Virus record (IMG/VR): IMGVR_UViG_3300027653_000012
Coordinates: 502 to 64,501 of that record
From: a virus
Length of the DNA stretch: 64,000 bases
Reading direction: 5' to 3' (one strand)
The position numbers and the translations under genes are program-made. Below, in pieces: positions 26,901-34,027 of this stretch. Under the pieces are notes generated by a model. It made no database searches. It was not told the origin of the DNA and worked only from the letters and a program-made list of their open reading frames with translations. The number at the start of each line of letters is the position of its first letter. Position 1 is the stretch's first letter.

Positions 26901-29900
26901 ATGCTGCGGCTCGCTCTGGAAAACGTCGTGCGCCAGCTCGTGCATTAGGTCGCGCAAGTTCCGATAGGTTGGGTTCAGTATGTCCTCGATGGAAAGCTCC
27001 ACCGTCCGGTTGCTCGGAATGTAGCGGCCCCCTTCGCCGTGCCAGAACGAATCGGCTGCGTTCGTATCGGGTGAACGGATGTCCAGCGTCACCCCCAGCC
27101 GGGCGAGCGTGTAGGAAACATTGGAGAACCGCTGCCGCAACTCCTCGTTTGAAAGCCGGTGCTCGTCCACCCGCTGCTTCCGATAAAAGATTCCCTTCTC
27201 CGCCATCCCTTGCAGGTCACTCGCCAGCCCGTCGAGCTGCCGGTTTTGCAGGTCGGTGAAAGCCTCCCGCACATCGTCGGGAATCCCTTCGCCCATCCAC
27301 TGGCGGCGCTGTCCCTCCGGCAAAAGCTTCGCCACCTCGTTTTGCAACCGCGTCCGCACCTGCTCCGGTGTTCCGCGCATCATGTCGAGGATACCGGAGA
27401 CCCCACCCAGGTTGTCGATCAGTTGCGTGCTAGTCCCACTGCGAATCAACTGACTATAGATGTCACCCACGTCTGGACCCGAATCCTCCGCGACCATGCC
27501 TCTGCTCCCTACCGGTGCGTCATCTCCACTACCGGTCTCCGAATGGGCATCTCCCTCTTCTGCTCGACTCGTCTTTCTGGCACTCGCGATATCGGTGGAG
27601 ATAGTCCCTCTTCGTCGCCGAAGACCTTGATCGCCGCCTACTACCGCAGAATCGTCAATCGCCACTGTCCGCTGTCCACCTATCGACTGCGGGGAAACGG
27701 ATCGTTCTGCCCGGCGTTGAAAATCCGCCACTTGCCTTTGCTGCTCCGGTGTCATCTGCGAAAGCTGCTCCACCTCTGCGCGTGCTTCCGCCAAAGGATC
27801 GCCCGGCACACGCTTCCGTCTCCATGTCTCGTCCAGAAGCGTCGATTCTCCCCACGCCCGGCGAAGTGCTGCATCCATCGTAGCGTCGAATTCTGCACGG
27901 CTGGCAAAACGCTGGAAGAGTTGCGGCGGCACCTGGTTCGTCTGGAAGTATCCGAGCACCTGTGCTCCTTCGCGCCCGGAAACAGCAGCCAAACTCACAT
28001 ATGCTCGTGTGTTGGGGTCGTATCCCAGACGCTCCGCCGCATCGATGATGGCTTGTGATCGCTCACGCACATGAGGTCTGCTTCCGAAAATCTTTCCCTC
28101 TTCCCGCCAAAGCTTGAGCGCCTGGTTGACGTTGCGCGTATCCGCGCCCCGAACTTCACGGGCAATATCGGCTTGGCTCACACGACTCGCCTTGTTGTGA
28201 GCCAGCTGCTGCCCGCCTTGCCGGAACACCCCCCGAACCTCGACCGTCCCGTCGGCATTCTGCACGACGATGAAGTTTCGTGTCTGGCTCGCCGTCTGCC
28301 CCTCGGTCAATGCCGCTCGGGTCACGGCCTGCGTGTCCGTCGGATCGAACGGAATCAGGTTCGTCGCCAGCAAAGTTTCCGGCGTCCCCTCCGTCGCCGC
28401 CTCCGCCGTTATGCCCAGCAGGCTCGGAACACCTGCTTCCGTTGCAACCTCATGAGGTTGCGGGGTTGTGGTTGCAACCTCTGAAGGTTGCGTTTGTGTC
28501 TCAACCGCCTCAGTCGTTGCGACTGATTCAGCAGCGACAGGCGGAGCCGTATCCGGCATGGCAAACGGATCGTTGCCCACTGACGTTGCATCTTCCAGGG
28601 CCGCCCGAACGTCCGGATCAATCTGGCCATAAGATACCGTCTCCCGGCGCGCATCAATGGGAGACCCTACGACAATCTGCGAAGGATCGGCAGGAGGTGG
28701 CCCTTCTATAAGCATCGGGTCCGCCGAAGGTTCTGCCGCCGGCAGCGCAAATGGATCGACTGGAGCACCCGGCTCCAGTGTCGGAATGTCGAACGTTAGG
28801 TCTCGACGACCCTCCAGCCGAGCATCTTGTTCACCGATTATCTCGTCAACTGCGAGCAGCTGATTGAGCCGTGTCAGCGCTTCCGGGCTTTGTGCCTCTT
28901 GTTCAAGCCGGGTAAGGTTTTCCTCCCACCAGTCTATATATTCTTGTTCCGCCGCGGTTCGTTCGCTCGCAGACCGACCTTCGATATCCTCAGCAACCTG
29001 TCGGCCCCATTCAGCTTCTACTGCCGGTTGCTCGGTGGTTTCAAGAACCTGATCCAGCACTTCGTCGAGTGCGTTCTCCTTTGCGTCAGCACGAGTGCCT
29101 GCCTGTGTCCGCGAAGGCATTGCACCTGCTGCACCACCAAACACAACTCCGAGTGCGCCGCCTGCTGCAAAAGCATGTTCCAATCGACTGCGAATTTGCT
29201 CCGGGGTAATCTCGTAACCTGGGATCGTCGCCATTTCGCCAGCAATCATGAAGGCTTCGCCCATCGCTTCAGCCGACCCCTCCATCGCTGCGCCAAGACC
29301 GGCCTCACGCAAAACTCCTTTTACACGATCACGCCATATCTTCTTTGCTGCTTGCTCACCGCCTTCACGGGCAAGTTTTCGCATCAATAAAGCACCCACA
29401 CGCGCCGGATAAACCGTCTCCACGAGCGCAGCAGGCGTTCCAAACAGCAAGGCATTGCGAGCCGCCACATCGTGCTCCGCTCCCTGCTCCATCGCATTGC
29501 TATAAAAGTCTCCAACATAGGAAACCTCCATCGGGAGAAAGCCTCCGGCCAAGGCTCCACCTCTCGTCAATGCACCACGCAAAGCCTTCTGTTGCATGTA
29601 GCTTCCAGCTCCCCTGGCAACTTGTGCCGATGCTGCACGCGCAACTGTTCGCTCCACTCCCCTTTGAACCATGCGCCGCATCGCCTGCTGTGCAATCACG
29701 CGCGTCCCAATGGCCGTCCCGAGCCCACCGGTAACCATGCCGACCGGTCCGCCCGCAACCGTTCCCCCCAAAGCGCCCACCGCGCTCGTCGCCGCCATCG
29801 CTCCCATTACCGGAGCCGACTGCCCAGCATGTCCAGACAGCCATCGGAAAGTATCGCCAACCGTACGAATATCACGATGGCTTTCGATGGATGGCGGCGC

Positions 29901-30266
29901 GATATCCTGCAACGCCTCGACGCGCCGATCCTGAAACTCACGCGCCCGTTCCGCGCGATCTTCATTGCCAAGAGCACGCCACCCCAACTCTCGCGCAGCA
30001 CCGATCGCTACTCCCCCTTGCTGCACGCCACGTTGCAACCCTCGCCCGAACTCCGTCAAAACTCCCGGCGCATCTTCTCGACGGGCATCCAGATACTGTT
30101 CGCGAAACTCCGGGTGCTGTCGGTTCAGATCGTCTAGCCGCCCCTGTTCGCGCAGCCGGTCGCCGATTTCGCGGGTGATCGTGGTGTCGTCGCGCCGGTC
30201 GCGGATGCCCTGCGACTCGGCCCATTGGCGGTAACTATCGACTACGGGATTGGTGGATTCAGGCAT
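20928..30266 (-). CDS. Large polyvalent (probably DNA-ejection) protein, 3112 aa
   Basis: Gly/Ala-rich N-terminal helices, HELAH metallopeptidase motif, ART-like module AQRMVDEAAKAAGY...YH.G...DPVTYDDNGNVIPLSQRFN. Confidence 0.85.
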   Translation of the reverse strand: MPESTNPVVDSYRQWAESQGIRDRRDDTTITREIGDRLREQGRLDDLNRQHPEFREQYLDARREDAPGVLTEFGRGLQRGVQQGGVAIGAARELGWRALGNEDRAERAREFQDRRVEALQDIAPPSIESHRDIRTVGDTFRWLSGHAGQSAPVMGAMAATSAVGALGGTVAGGPVGMVTGGLGTAIGTRVIAQQAMRRMVQRGVERTVARAASAQVARGAGSYMQQKALRGALTRGGALAGGFLPMEVSYVGDFYSNAMEQGAEHDVAARNALLFGTPAALVETVYPARVGALLMRKLAREGGEQAAKKIWRDRVKGVLREAGLGAAMEGSAEAMGEAFMIAGEMATIPGYEITPEQIRSRLEHAFAAGGALGVVFGGAAGAMPSRTQAGTRADAKENALDEVLDQVLETTEQPAVEAEWGRQVAEDIEGRSASERTAAEQEYIDWWEENLTRLEQEAQSPEALTRLNQLLAVDEIIGEQDARLEGRRDLTFDIPTLEPGAPVDPFALPAAEPSADPMLIEGPPPADPSQIVVGSPIDARRETVSYGQIDPDVRAALEDATSVGNDPFAMPDTAPPVAAESVATTEAVETQTQPSEVATTTPQPHEVATEAGVPSLLGITAEAATEGTPETLLATNLIPFDPTDTQAVTRAALTEGQTASQTRNFIVVQNADGTVEVRGVFRQGGQQLAHNKASRVSQADIAREVRGADTRNVNQALKLWREEGKIFGSRPHVRERSQAIIDAAERLGYDPNTRAYVSLAAVSGREGAQVLGYFQTNQVPPQLFQRFASRAEFDATMDAALRRAWGESTLLDETWRRKRVPGDPLAEARAEVEQLSQMTPEQQRQVADFQRRAERSVSPQSIGGQRTVAIDDSAVVGGDQGLRRRRGTISTDIASARKTSRAEEGDAHSETGSGDDAPVGSRGMVAEDSGPDVGDIYSQLIRSGTSTQLIDNLGGVSGILDMMRGTPEQVRTRLQNEVAKLLPEGQRRQWMGEGIPDDVREAFTDLQNRQLDGLASDLQGMAEKGIFYRKQRVDEHRLSNEELRQRFSNVSYTLARLGVTLDIRSPDTNAADSFWHGEGGRYIPSNRTVELSIEDILNPTYRNLRDLMHELAHDVFQSEPQHIQEMLQDMIARMDPNDLSFYGEVRADPRARLDDPAGLGRRVVTEEMLVEHLTWQGLDAETARGLVRRLVDAVKEMLLKAALEFQRAFTLSEPVSDWLAREYIETRWQRMLDGRPIPNAETLLGRLGGRKLTYSESAHFFTLTTPDGFTETVNPFTGEITPTMVLADSPEALDHNRNAIIAAEQTQALHERDAEMEVAEVLLRREMEDAGIIPSPEQDRAYMEAVERGDTATAQRMVDEAAKAAGYDVEAYHAGTVDNVFREEFAGSGITGVASGHTFFSSSRNAAAYYEDDGSPVRRFWLRGPWREFEGGVPRLNADQEVMDAYNEDRTPRGTVTRRVVDGFAESDIYTLPFSEDGRIEGEAKLADPVTYDDNGNVIPLSQRFNPASPDIRYRQEGDGKTRAQIVAEARAENQRRRLRQNALVSIAENNEVSKFIDRTLERMRTEDPKLTREELLIRMGVAHDPRSLAQRKADSMAAMGDPVSADTTLDSLSVEARAQAEMKAVAQVNRIQRDLSQRTGELTRSIQANTDQLAAKRISFEEVAANVADMKAVERQIRQAVFESIEETRKAIKAQSLGDEAAGNTVGVLRTLLNLRDDQAIPANYERVLNNLVTNETPIFSYIQRLRRFSEDGLDFASHTVREIRQEIINARNRGDDSLADLVRGERGTALLATLISFVKNESHLAAAMEVQRMDATVRQAVVKDIQRILKLNTEQELAQLRERVRAMPRSVQNNLIVSYVNKRRELIALERRLEGDQNRLAAVEQGAKEVKLLADELGARHNVHIETPLVDGEELVVPAKPDATTASIEAGGEGNPNWATLRVGGDTPTSNAQKIRWVERMKRFIEYRDSLNDPAAKDLVYRTVKVNAERLGRQVLQDAVYPYRKGWLDQMRHSFVQQLRKSGLPAARMAASMLERREAIVKPNEARSIIHGNRWEGLESRLLKQARVSQEFFMQNIWNPAAHWLGLEAMAGRESALADLRSFLFADPMVRDALGREGAWQTFVELLERTDATNKWFTEEVLVKHGLAIRDDSLGTWFNPVTKRQEYLARSLVKGGTMVIPRSLSNAARVAINEMARLGWWRTDADRAAFIRQLRENPEEAQVQLAQMVTPTIRANFIEPLIHNDAGTILDRPTGEDGVRVKADPALIAEAWGESNGDLIAFGRRLYELHTGEADPDAATEYAGTILNTIGKYHKRMAEEYVGDISDETGTAVSTDRISYASINARTAYDLPSQFFTYERFGKDDNRFRLQQVASQAVFGRDFQELFSLFGRMEDDLRLRKNALDSKTGDLIRENPRLDGDRKALERELKKAFGKDWELYRDLDDALRVFNARRLTEQVKAMFGNHNGMTNDFRTFQHVINFVVGQLVNNPKTGLKNMTSNNDIMRVFGVNKVTMRSSASSWAETVRQGWATLASLVGKNVLENREKWMQIDAAGYGLDYAGELNLGDLASQRGPMGQWDRQGVGGKIKKALAITSDLMNNTTINPAGAEQRAVLFRPFAPFQMSQLGSNRTAVWGMMVAYETYARKIAEFYRKNSHRLNDPDYEVTARDIGETKAHDRSVFEKMSEQAKLHGFTMEDIGRAAFENPNKSRFPFDVDLVQKIAQIAISHVSMESNLTNRPVGSLTSQLGRMSIPLVGWSIESFNTTTNMMRDSTNARTLASSAIGLAGLMAVVVPVAVLYSFAFDEYDRRLLGKQPNIRPMNPSAVVNNPQEAVMGLIERVNAMGPFGIGGEALAGVAMIRDSTGQKVLSVDERVVWVNTLGRLIDAIGTVNAQGITNTTYASIWRQLFQSTMGSGPMQAMQMTNTMLGHPPIPGLRAESGVTQRINVQNWLRSTGRNLGMEVRTGGGFARPTRVTPHVTNMQLAAFRDDPEAFQRAYRRAIEEARKMGRDDPMDHVKRSYQSRHPLRNVFRSAPSATEYRRLLEAMPRIGREATQEAIASYNRYGQRLGLTPYTGSSGSGSRRSSGGFASSFSATDYGSALRDAFRVDW

Positions 30267-30283
30267 GAACGTGCTCTCTCTGG

Positions 30284-32224
30284 TTAAAATGCTCCCGGCG
30301 TAATTAAACCGAGCTGGTTGCGCCGGTTGCGCCTATCTGACTCCAGCCCAAACGGACCGCGTGTTCGCGGCGTTGTGTTTGGAGTTGTCTCCGAGGGAGA
30401 TACAACGGCGGTGCCTCCTCCCATCAGTTCGGGTCGCAGCTCCTGCGTGCCCCCTCTCATTTGGCGACGGTGTTCTTCGAGGCTTTCGTAAGCTTCATCC
30501 GGAATCCCCATGTTCCGCCTCCGCTGCTCCGAGTAAAACGTGTCCTGTTCTCTCCGGTACTCTTCCGATCTCCGGCGGGCATCCGGTCCTCCGAAGAAGC
30601 CGGCAACAGGAGGGCTCACCCACTCATAGAAGTTGGACGGATTGCGAAACTGCGGAAGTTGCGGCGGCGGGTTCTGGACCCCGGCCATCTGGTGGCGAAG
30701 GCTATCCATTCTCTGGCGACGATCCTCCACATCAGCTTGCCGCTGCTCTTCGGTCGGGTTAAGGATGCCTCCCTGCCCGAACAAGCCCCCTTCGGTAAAG
30801 CTTTGGGCGAACGTCGGCGGTGCGGCTGCGGCTGGTGTCGGCTCCGGCGAAACCTCCGGTGTTGCTTCAGCCACCTGTTGCCCCCCAGCTTCCCTCTGAT
30901 CCTGTGGCGGCGGCAGATGCAGCCGCGACCATTCGATCGCCTCTTCCGCTGTGGCAAACCCCCCTTGGTTTCCATCCCTGCCAAGGCCGGTAAAGGTGCC
31001 GTCACGGTTCTGGTAGATTCCGTAGCGCGGCGCGTCCGGATCGATCGGAATGTCCGACACCATTGTTCCGCCGGGTTGGCCCGTAAATCCGGGCACACCG
31101 CCGATCGCCTGCCTCAGCGTCCCCTCAGGCTGTACGCCAAACCGCTCGTTATCCGGGACGATTTCACCTTGGTATCTGATCGTTGGAGGAGGCGCTGCAT
31201 TCTCTTCAAGACCACGCATCACTGCGAGTGACGGCACACCGCTGAATGACCTCGGCTGGAAGGTGCCGTCTGGCAGACGATTAAAGTCGCGACTGTTAGG
31301 GATAATCCCTCTTTGCTGAAGCTGCTCCATCGTCAACCCTTGAGGCTGCCGCTGTTCTAATTCCTGAACCAATTGGTTCTGATTGAGAATCATGTCGGCC
31401 AGACTGGTTTCTGAGCCATCATCGTGGACAACAAAAGTTTCCTCGGCAAACGCCCGCCGCTCCTCTGGCGTTCCTTGAGGCAAGCGATCTTGCAGCTCTC
31501 GCAAACTCCCACGAGCTTCCTGCAGCTCCTCCGGGCTGGAAAGGTTCTGAATGTTTAGTGGCGCCCCAACCGATGCTCCCCCCACCTCTGGGAGGACAGC
31601 TCTTCCCTGATCATCAATCTGTATGTTATCAGCAAATGCACCAGTCGTGTCTCCGCTTCCTGCCGCACGAAATTGCGTCAACAGGCGCGGGTCAAACAGA
31701 CCGGCGTTGTCTGGGTTTGAGATGAAAGCTTGATACCCCCTGTGGAGGCTATCGAGAATCATGAAGTCAGCATCTTGACCCAGTTCATTTCTTATATACT
31801 CAGCCTCCAGCTCGGTTCCCCGGATATCTTGTGGGACTGTTTCCTGAATGCTGGATATGATGCCCGACAATTGTCGAGCCACTTCGGGATAGTTCTGCTG
31901 AATGATCTGCGCTTGGCGCTGCCGATTGCCCTCCTCTTGAGCAGCTCGGAGCTCATCGCGCAACATCGGAAGGGTTGTCTGTCGCCACTGAAAATCCTGC
32001 TGCTCCTGCTGGCGACGCTGTTCTTCAAGTTCTGCATTTGCCGCTCGCGCCCGAGAGTGGCTTGGCGACAAATAGGCTTGGGAGACAGGGTCGTACCACC
32101 CGCGATCCGTCTCTATCAGTCCACTTGTATCCATTCCTCGCGGTGGAGCTGGTCTTGTTATGCCGGTTGGTCTTGTTGGGCCAGTGGGGCCAGTGGGGCG
32201 GACATTGCGATCTTCTTCAGGCAT
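30284..32224 (-). CDS. Probable internal virion/ejection protein
   Basis: Q/P/G-rich ORF upstream of the giant gene; ATG at 32224 with GGAGG SD. Confidence 0.7.
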   Translation of the reverse strand: MPEEDRNVRPTGPTGPTRPTGITRPAPPRGMDTSGLIETDRGWYDPVSQAYLSPSHSRARAANAELEEQRRQQEQQDFQWRQTTLPMLRDELRAAQEEGNRQRQAQIIQQNYPEVARQLSGIISSIQETVPQDIRGTELEAEYIRNELGQDADFMILDSLHRGYQAFISNPDNAGLFDPRLLTQFRAAGSGDTTGAFADNIQIDDQGRAVLPEVGGASVGAPLNIQNLSSPEELQEARGSLRELQDRLPQGTPEERRAFAEETFVVHDDGSETSLADMILNQNQLVQELEQRQPQGLTMEQLQQRGIIPNSRDFNRLPDGTFQPRSFSGVPSLAVMRGLEENAAPPPTIRYQGEIVPDNERFGVQPEGTLRQAIGGVPGFTGQPGGTMVSDIPIDPDAPRYGIYQNRDGTFTGLGRDGNQGGFATAEEAIEWSRLHLPPPQDQREAGGQQVAEATPEVSPEPTPAAAAPPTFAQSFTEGGLFGQGGILNPTEEQRQADVEDRRQRMDSLRHQMAGVQNPPPQLPQFRNPSNFYEWVSPPVAGFFGGPDARRRSEEYRREQDTFYSEQRRRNMGIPDEAYESLEEHRRQMRGGTQELRPELMGGGTAVVSPSETTPNTTPRTRGPFGLESDRRNRRNQLGLITPGAF

Positions 32225-32354
32225 ATTTACTTCCTCCAGTTCCAGGTTCTGCTGCATACAACTTGAAATTTCGGGAAAGAGCAAGAGCGAGATACCGCAA
32301 ACGGGATTACACTTTCTGTTGCGACTTCCGGATACTCGATCAATTATGTTTTTC

Positions 32355-32427
32355 GGCAGGCAGGGCTGGTGCCCCGACGAGGCTCATACTCTCGTCTTGC
32401 CCGGTTCGACTCCGGGGCCTGCTTCCA
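32355..32427 (+). tRNA. Atypical tRNA, anticodon CAT (Met/Ile2)
   Basis: Acceptor GGCAGGC/GCCTGCT, loop CTCATAC, T-arm CCCGG-TTCGACT-CCGGG, encoded CCA; very small D-arm. Confidence 0.85.
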
Positions 32428-32460
32428 TTTTTTGAAAAGAGTCGCCAGCATTACATGGAG

Positions 32461-32730
32461 CTGGAGCACCGGTTCGCATAGCCGATAAAACAGGCTTTCC
32501 TGTTGTCCATTCAGTTGGTCACTCAGTTGTCCATTCAGTTGGTCACTCCGGCCTACAACATCTTCATTAGACCCGAACAGTGAACGAGTTGCGGGTTTTC
32601 TTTGTTGTCCATTCAGTTGTCCATTCAGTTGTCCATTCAGTTGTCCATTCGGTTGTTCAGATTGCTGTTCACTCGCCTGATATTGGCTCCAGTTAATGAT
32701 TGATACTAAGACACTTCTGTTCCCGGCCTG
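32461..32730 (-). pseudogene. Fragment of a replication-initiator gene with iterons
   Basis: SVLVSIINWSQYQ...NGQLNGQLNGQQ matches Rep GSLISIKNWGEYQ...GQLNGQQ; six GTTGTCC repeats. Confidence 0.75.
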
Positions 32731-32989
32731 TTGTTCAATCTGCTGTTCAGCTCGCTGTGCCCGTTCGCATCTTGCGCGTAGATGCGAATAACGTTCCGGC
32801 CTGCTGGCCATTTTGTTGTGCATCTTGCTGATCGACTTGCTGATCGAAGAAACTTTTCTAAAAAAGATTACTCTTTTGTGAGATTGCAGTTGACTCGCTG
32901 TAAATCCCTGTCTTGATCGGCGTCAATCCTGACGGATATCAGGGGAAATAATTTTTCGGTTTTCCTGCCCACAACAGGAAGTTCCCAGA

Positions 32990-33029
32990 AATCCCCCTCT
33001 TGTAATATCCGCTGGAGGGGGATTTTTTT
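32990..33029 (+). terminator. Intrinsic terminator/attenuator hairpin
   Basis: aaatccccctc ... gagggggattttttt. Confidence 0.75.
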
Positions 33030-33395
33030 ATCCCTGCGGGAGCCGACAGCCCAAAGAAGCAATAGATGCGAGTTGGCGCGACAGCCCTGCGTGAGTGGGC
33101 GGACTCTTTTGGATAGGTGCTTATAAAATCCACGCCGGTCTTTGTGGGAACTTCGGGTCGGCATGGTCAAGAAAGCTTCGCGGAAACCTCGTTATACAGG
33201 GCAGAATCCGAGCACCGACAAGGTGAAACTCATTACTTTCCAAACGGGTAAAGCGACTTGAGCGGCTTGTTCTCAAGAAGTTCCCGCTGTGTCCTGATAC
33301 CAGGGCAGGTTTGTTTCTCAGATCTATGATGACCACTGCCATTAGAACGCTGAAACCACACAATTAATTTAACTATTCGTTGCGAACGGTTTGCC

Positions 33396-33908
33396 ATGAA
33401 CAGACTAAGCGTAAAACAAGAACTGCACCGCGAGTATCTCAAATCCTCGGTATGGAAGAAGATTCGACTCGCTGCGCTAAAGCACTACGGTGCGATTTGC
33501 TCAAAGTGCGGAGAGTTCGGGTCCGATGTTCACCATAAAACCTACCAGCGGTGGGGTGGAAATGAGAAAATGGAGGATCTTGAAATCCTATGCCGTGATT
33601 GCCATGTCGTCCTCCATAAGGTTGAGCGAGCATCCCGGCCATCAAAGAAGAAGAGAAGAAAATCGATACATGTCACAGCCCTGTTCCGGTATCTTTCGAA
33701 GAAACAAAGAGATTCTCTAGTTGATCGTTTTAGCTGCCAAACCCCAAACGACATTTACCTTATGATTCTTGATGCAGAAAAAGGCAGCGAGGTAAGAAAG
33801 GCTGCATTGAAAATTTCTGGCGCAGATTATTGCCACGGATTGCCGCCTCGTCCAAAAAAGAAAAGGCGTAAACGCAAATCCAAAGCCCGCAATACCCCAC
33901 CTTACTAG
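33396..33908 (+). CDS. HNH endonuclease
   Basis: YLKS..WK..R, CSKCG, VHHKTY, LCRDCH...H; basic C-terminal tail. Confidence 0.9.
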   Translation: MNRLSVKQELHREYLKSSVWKKIRLAALKHYGAICSKCGEFGSDVHHKTYQRWGGNEKMEDLEILCRDCHVVLHKVERASRPSKKKRRKSIHVTALFRYLSKKQRDSLVDRFSCQTPNDIYLMILDAEKGSEVRKAALKISGADYCHGLPPRPKKKRRKRKSKARNTPPY

Positions 33909-34027
33909 CTTCACCCCTCCCGTTTCTCCGCCCGCCGGATCGCCAGCCGCACGATCTGCTTCGCCGCGAGCGCGGTAACCGCACGAAATGATTGAAATGG
34001 GTAGCGAGGTTCTCGCGGGAGCGAAAT

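Noticed and set aside
20928-30266. N4-like virion RNA polymerase
   Set aside because: Size is similar, but I see no polymerase catalytic motifs; polyvalent-protein motifs are present instead
33396-33908. IscB/Cas9-like nuclease or group I intron
   Set aside because: No PLMP or RuvC motifs; no interrupted plus-strand gene and no clear P7 core
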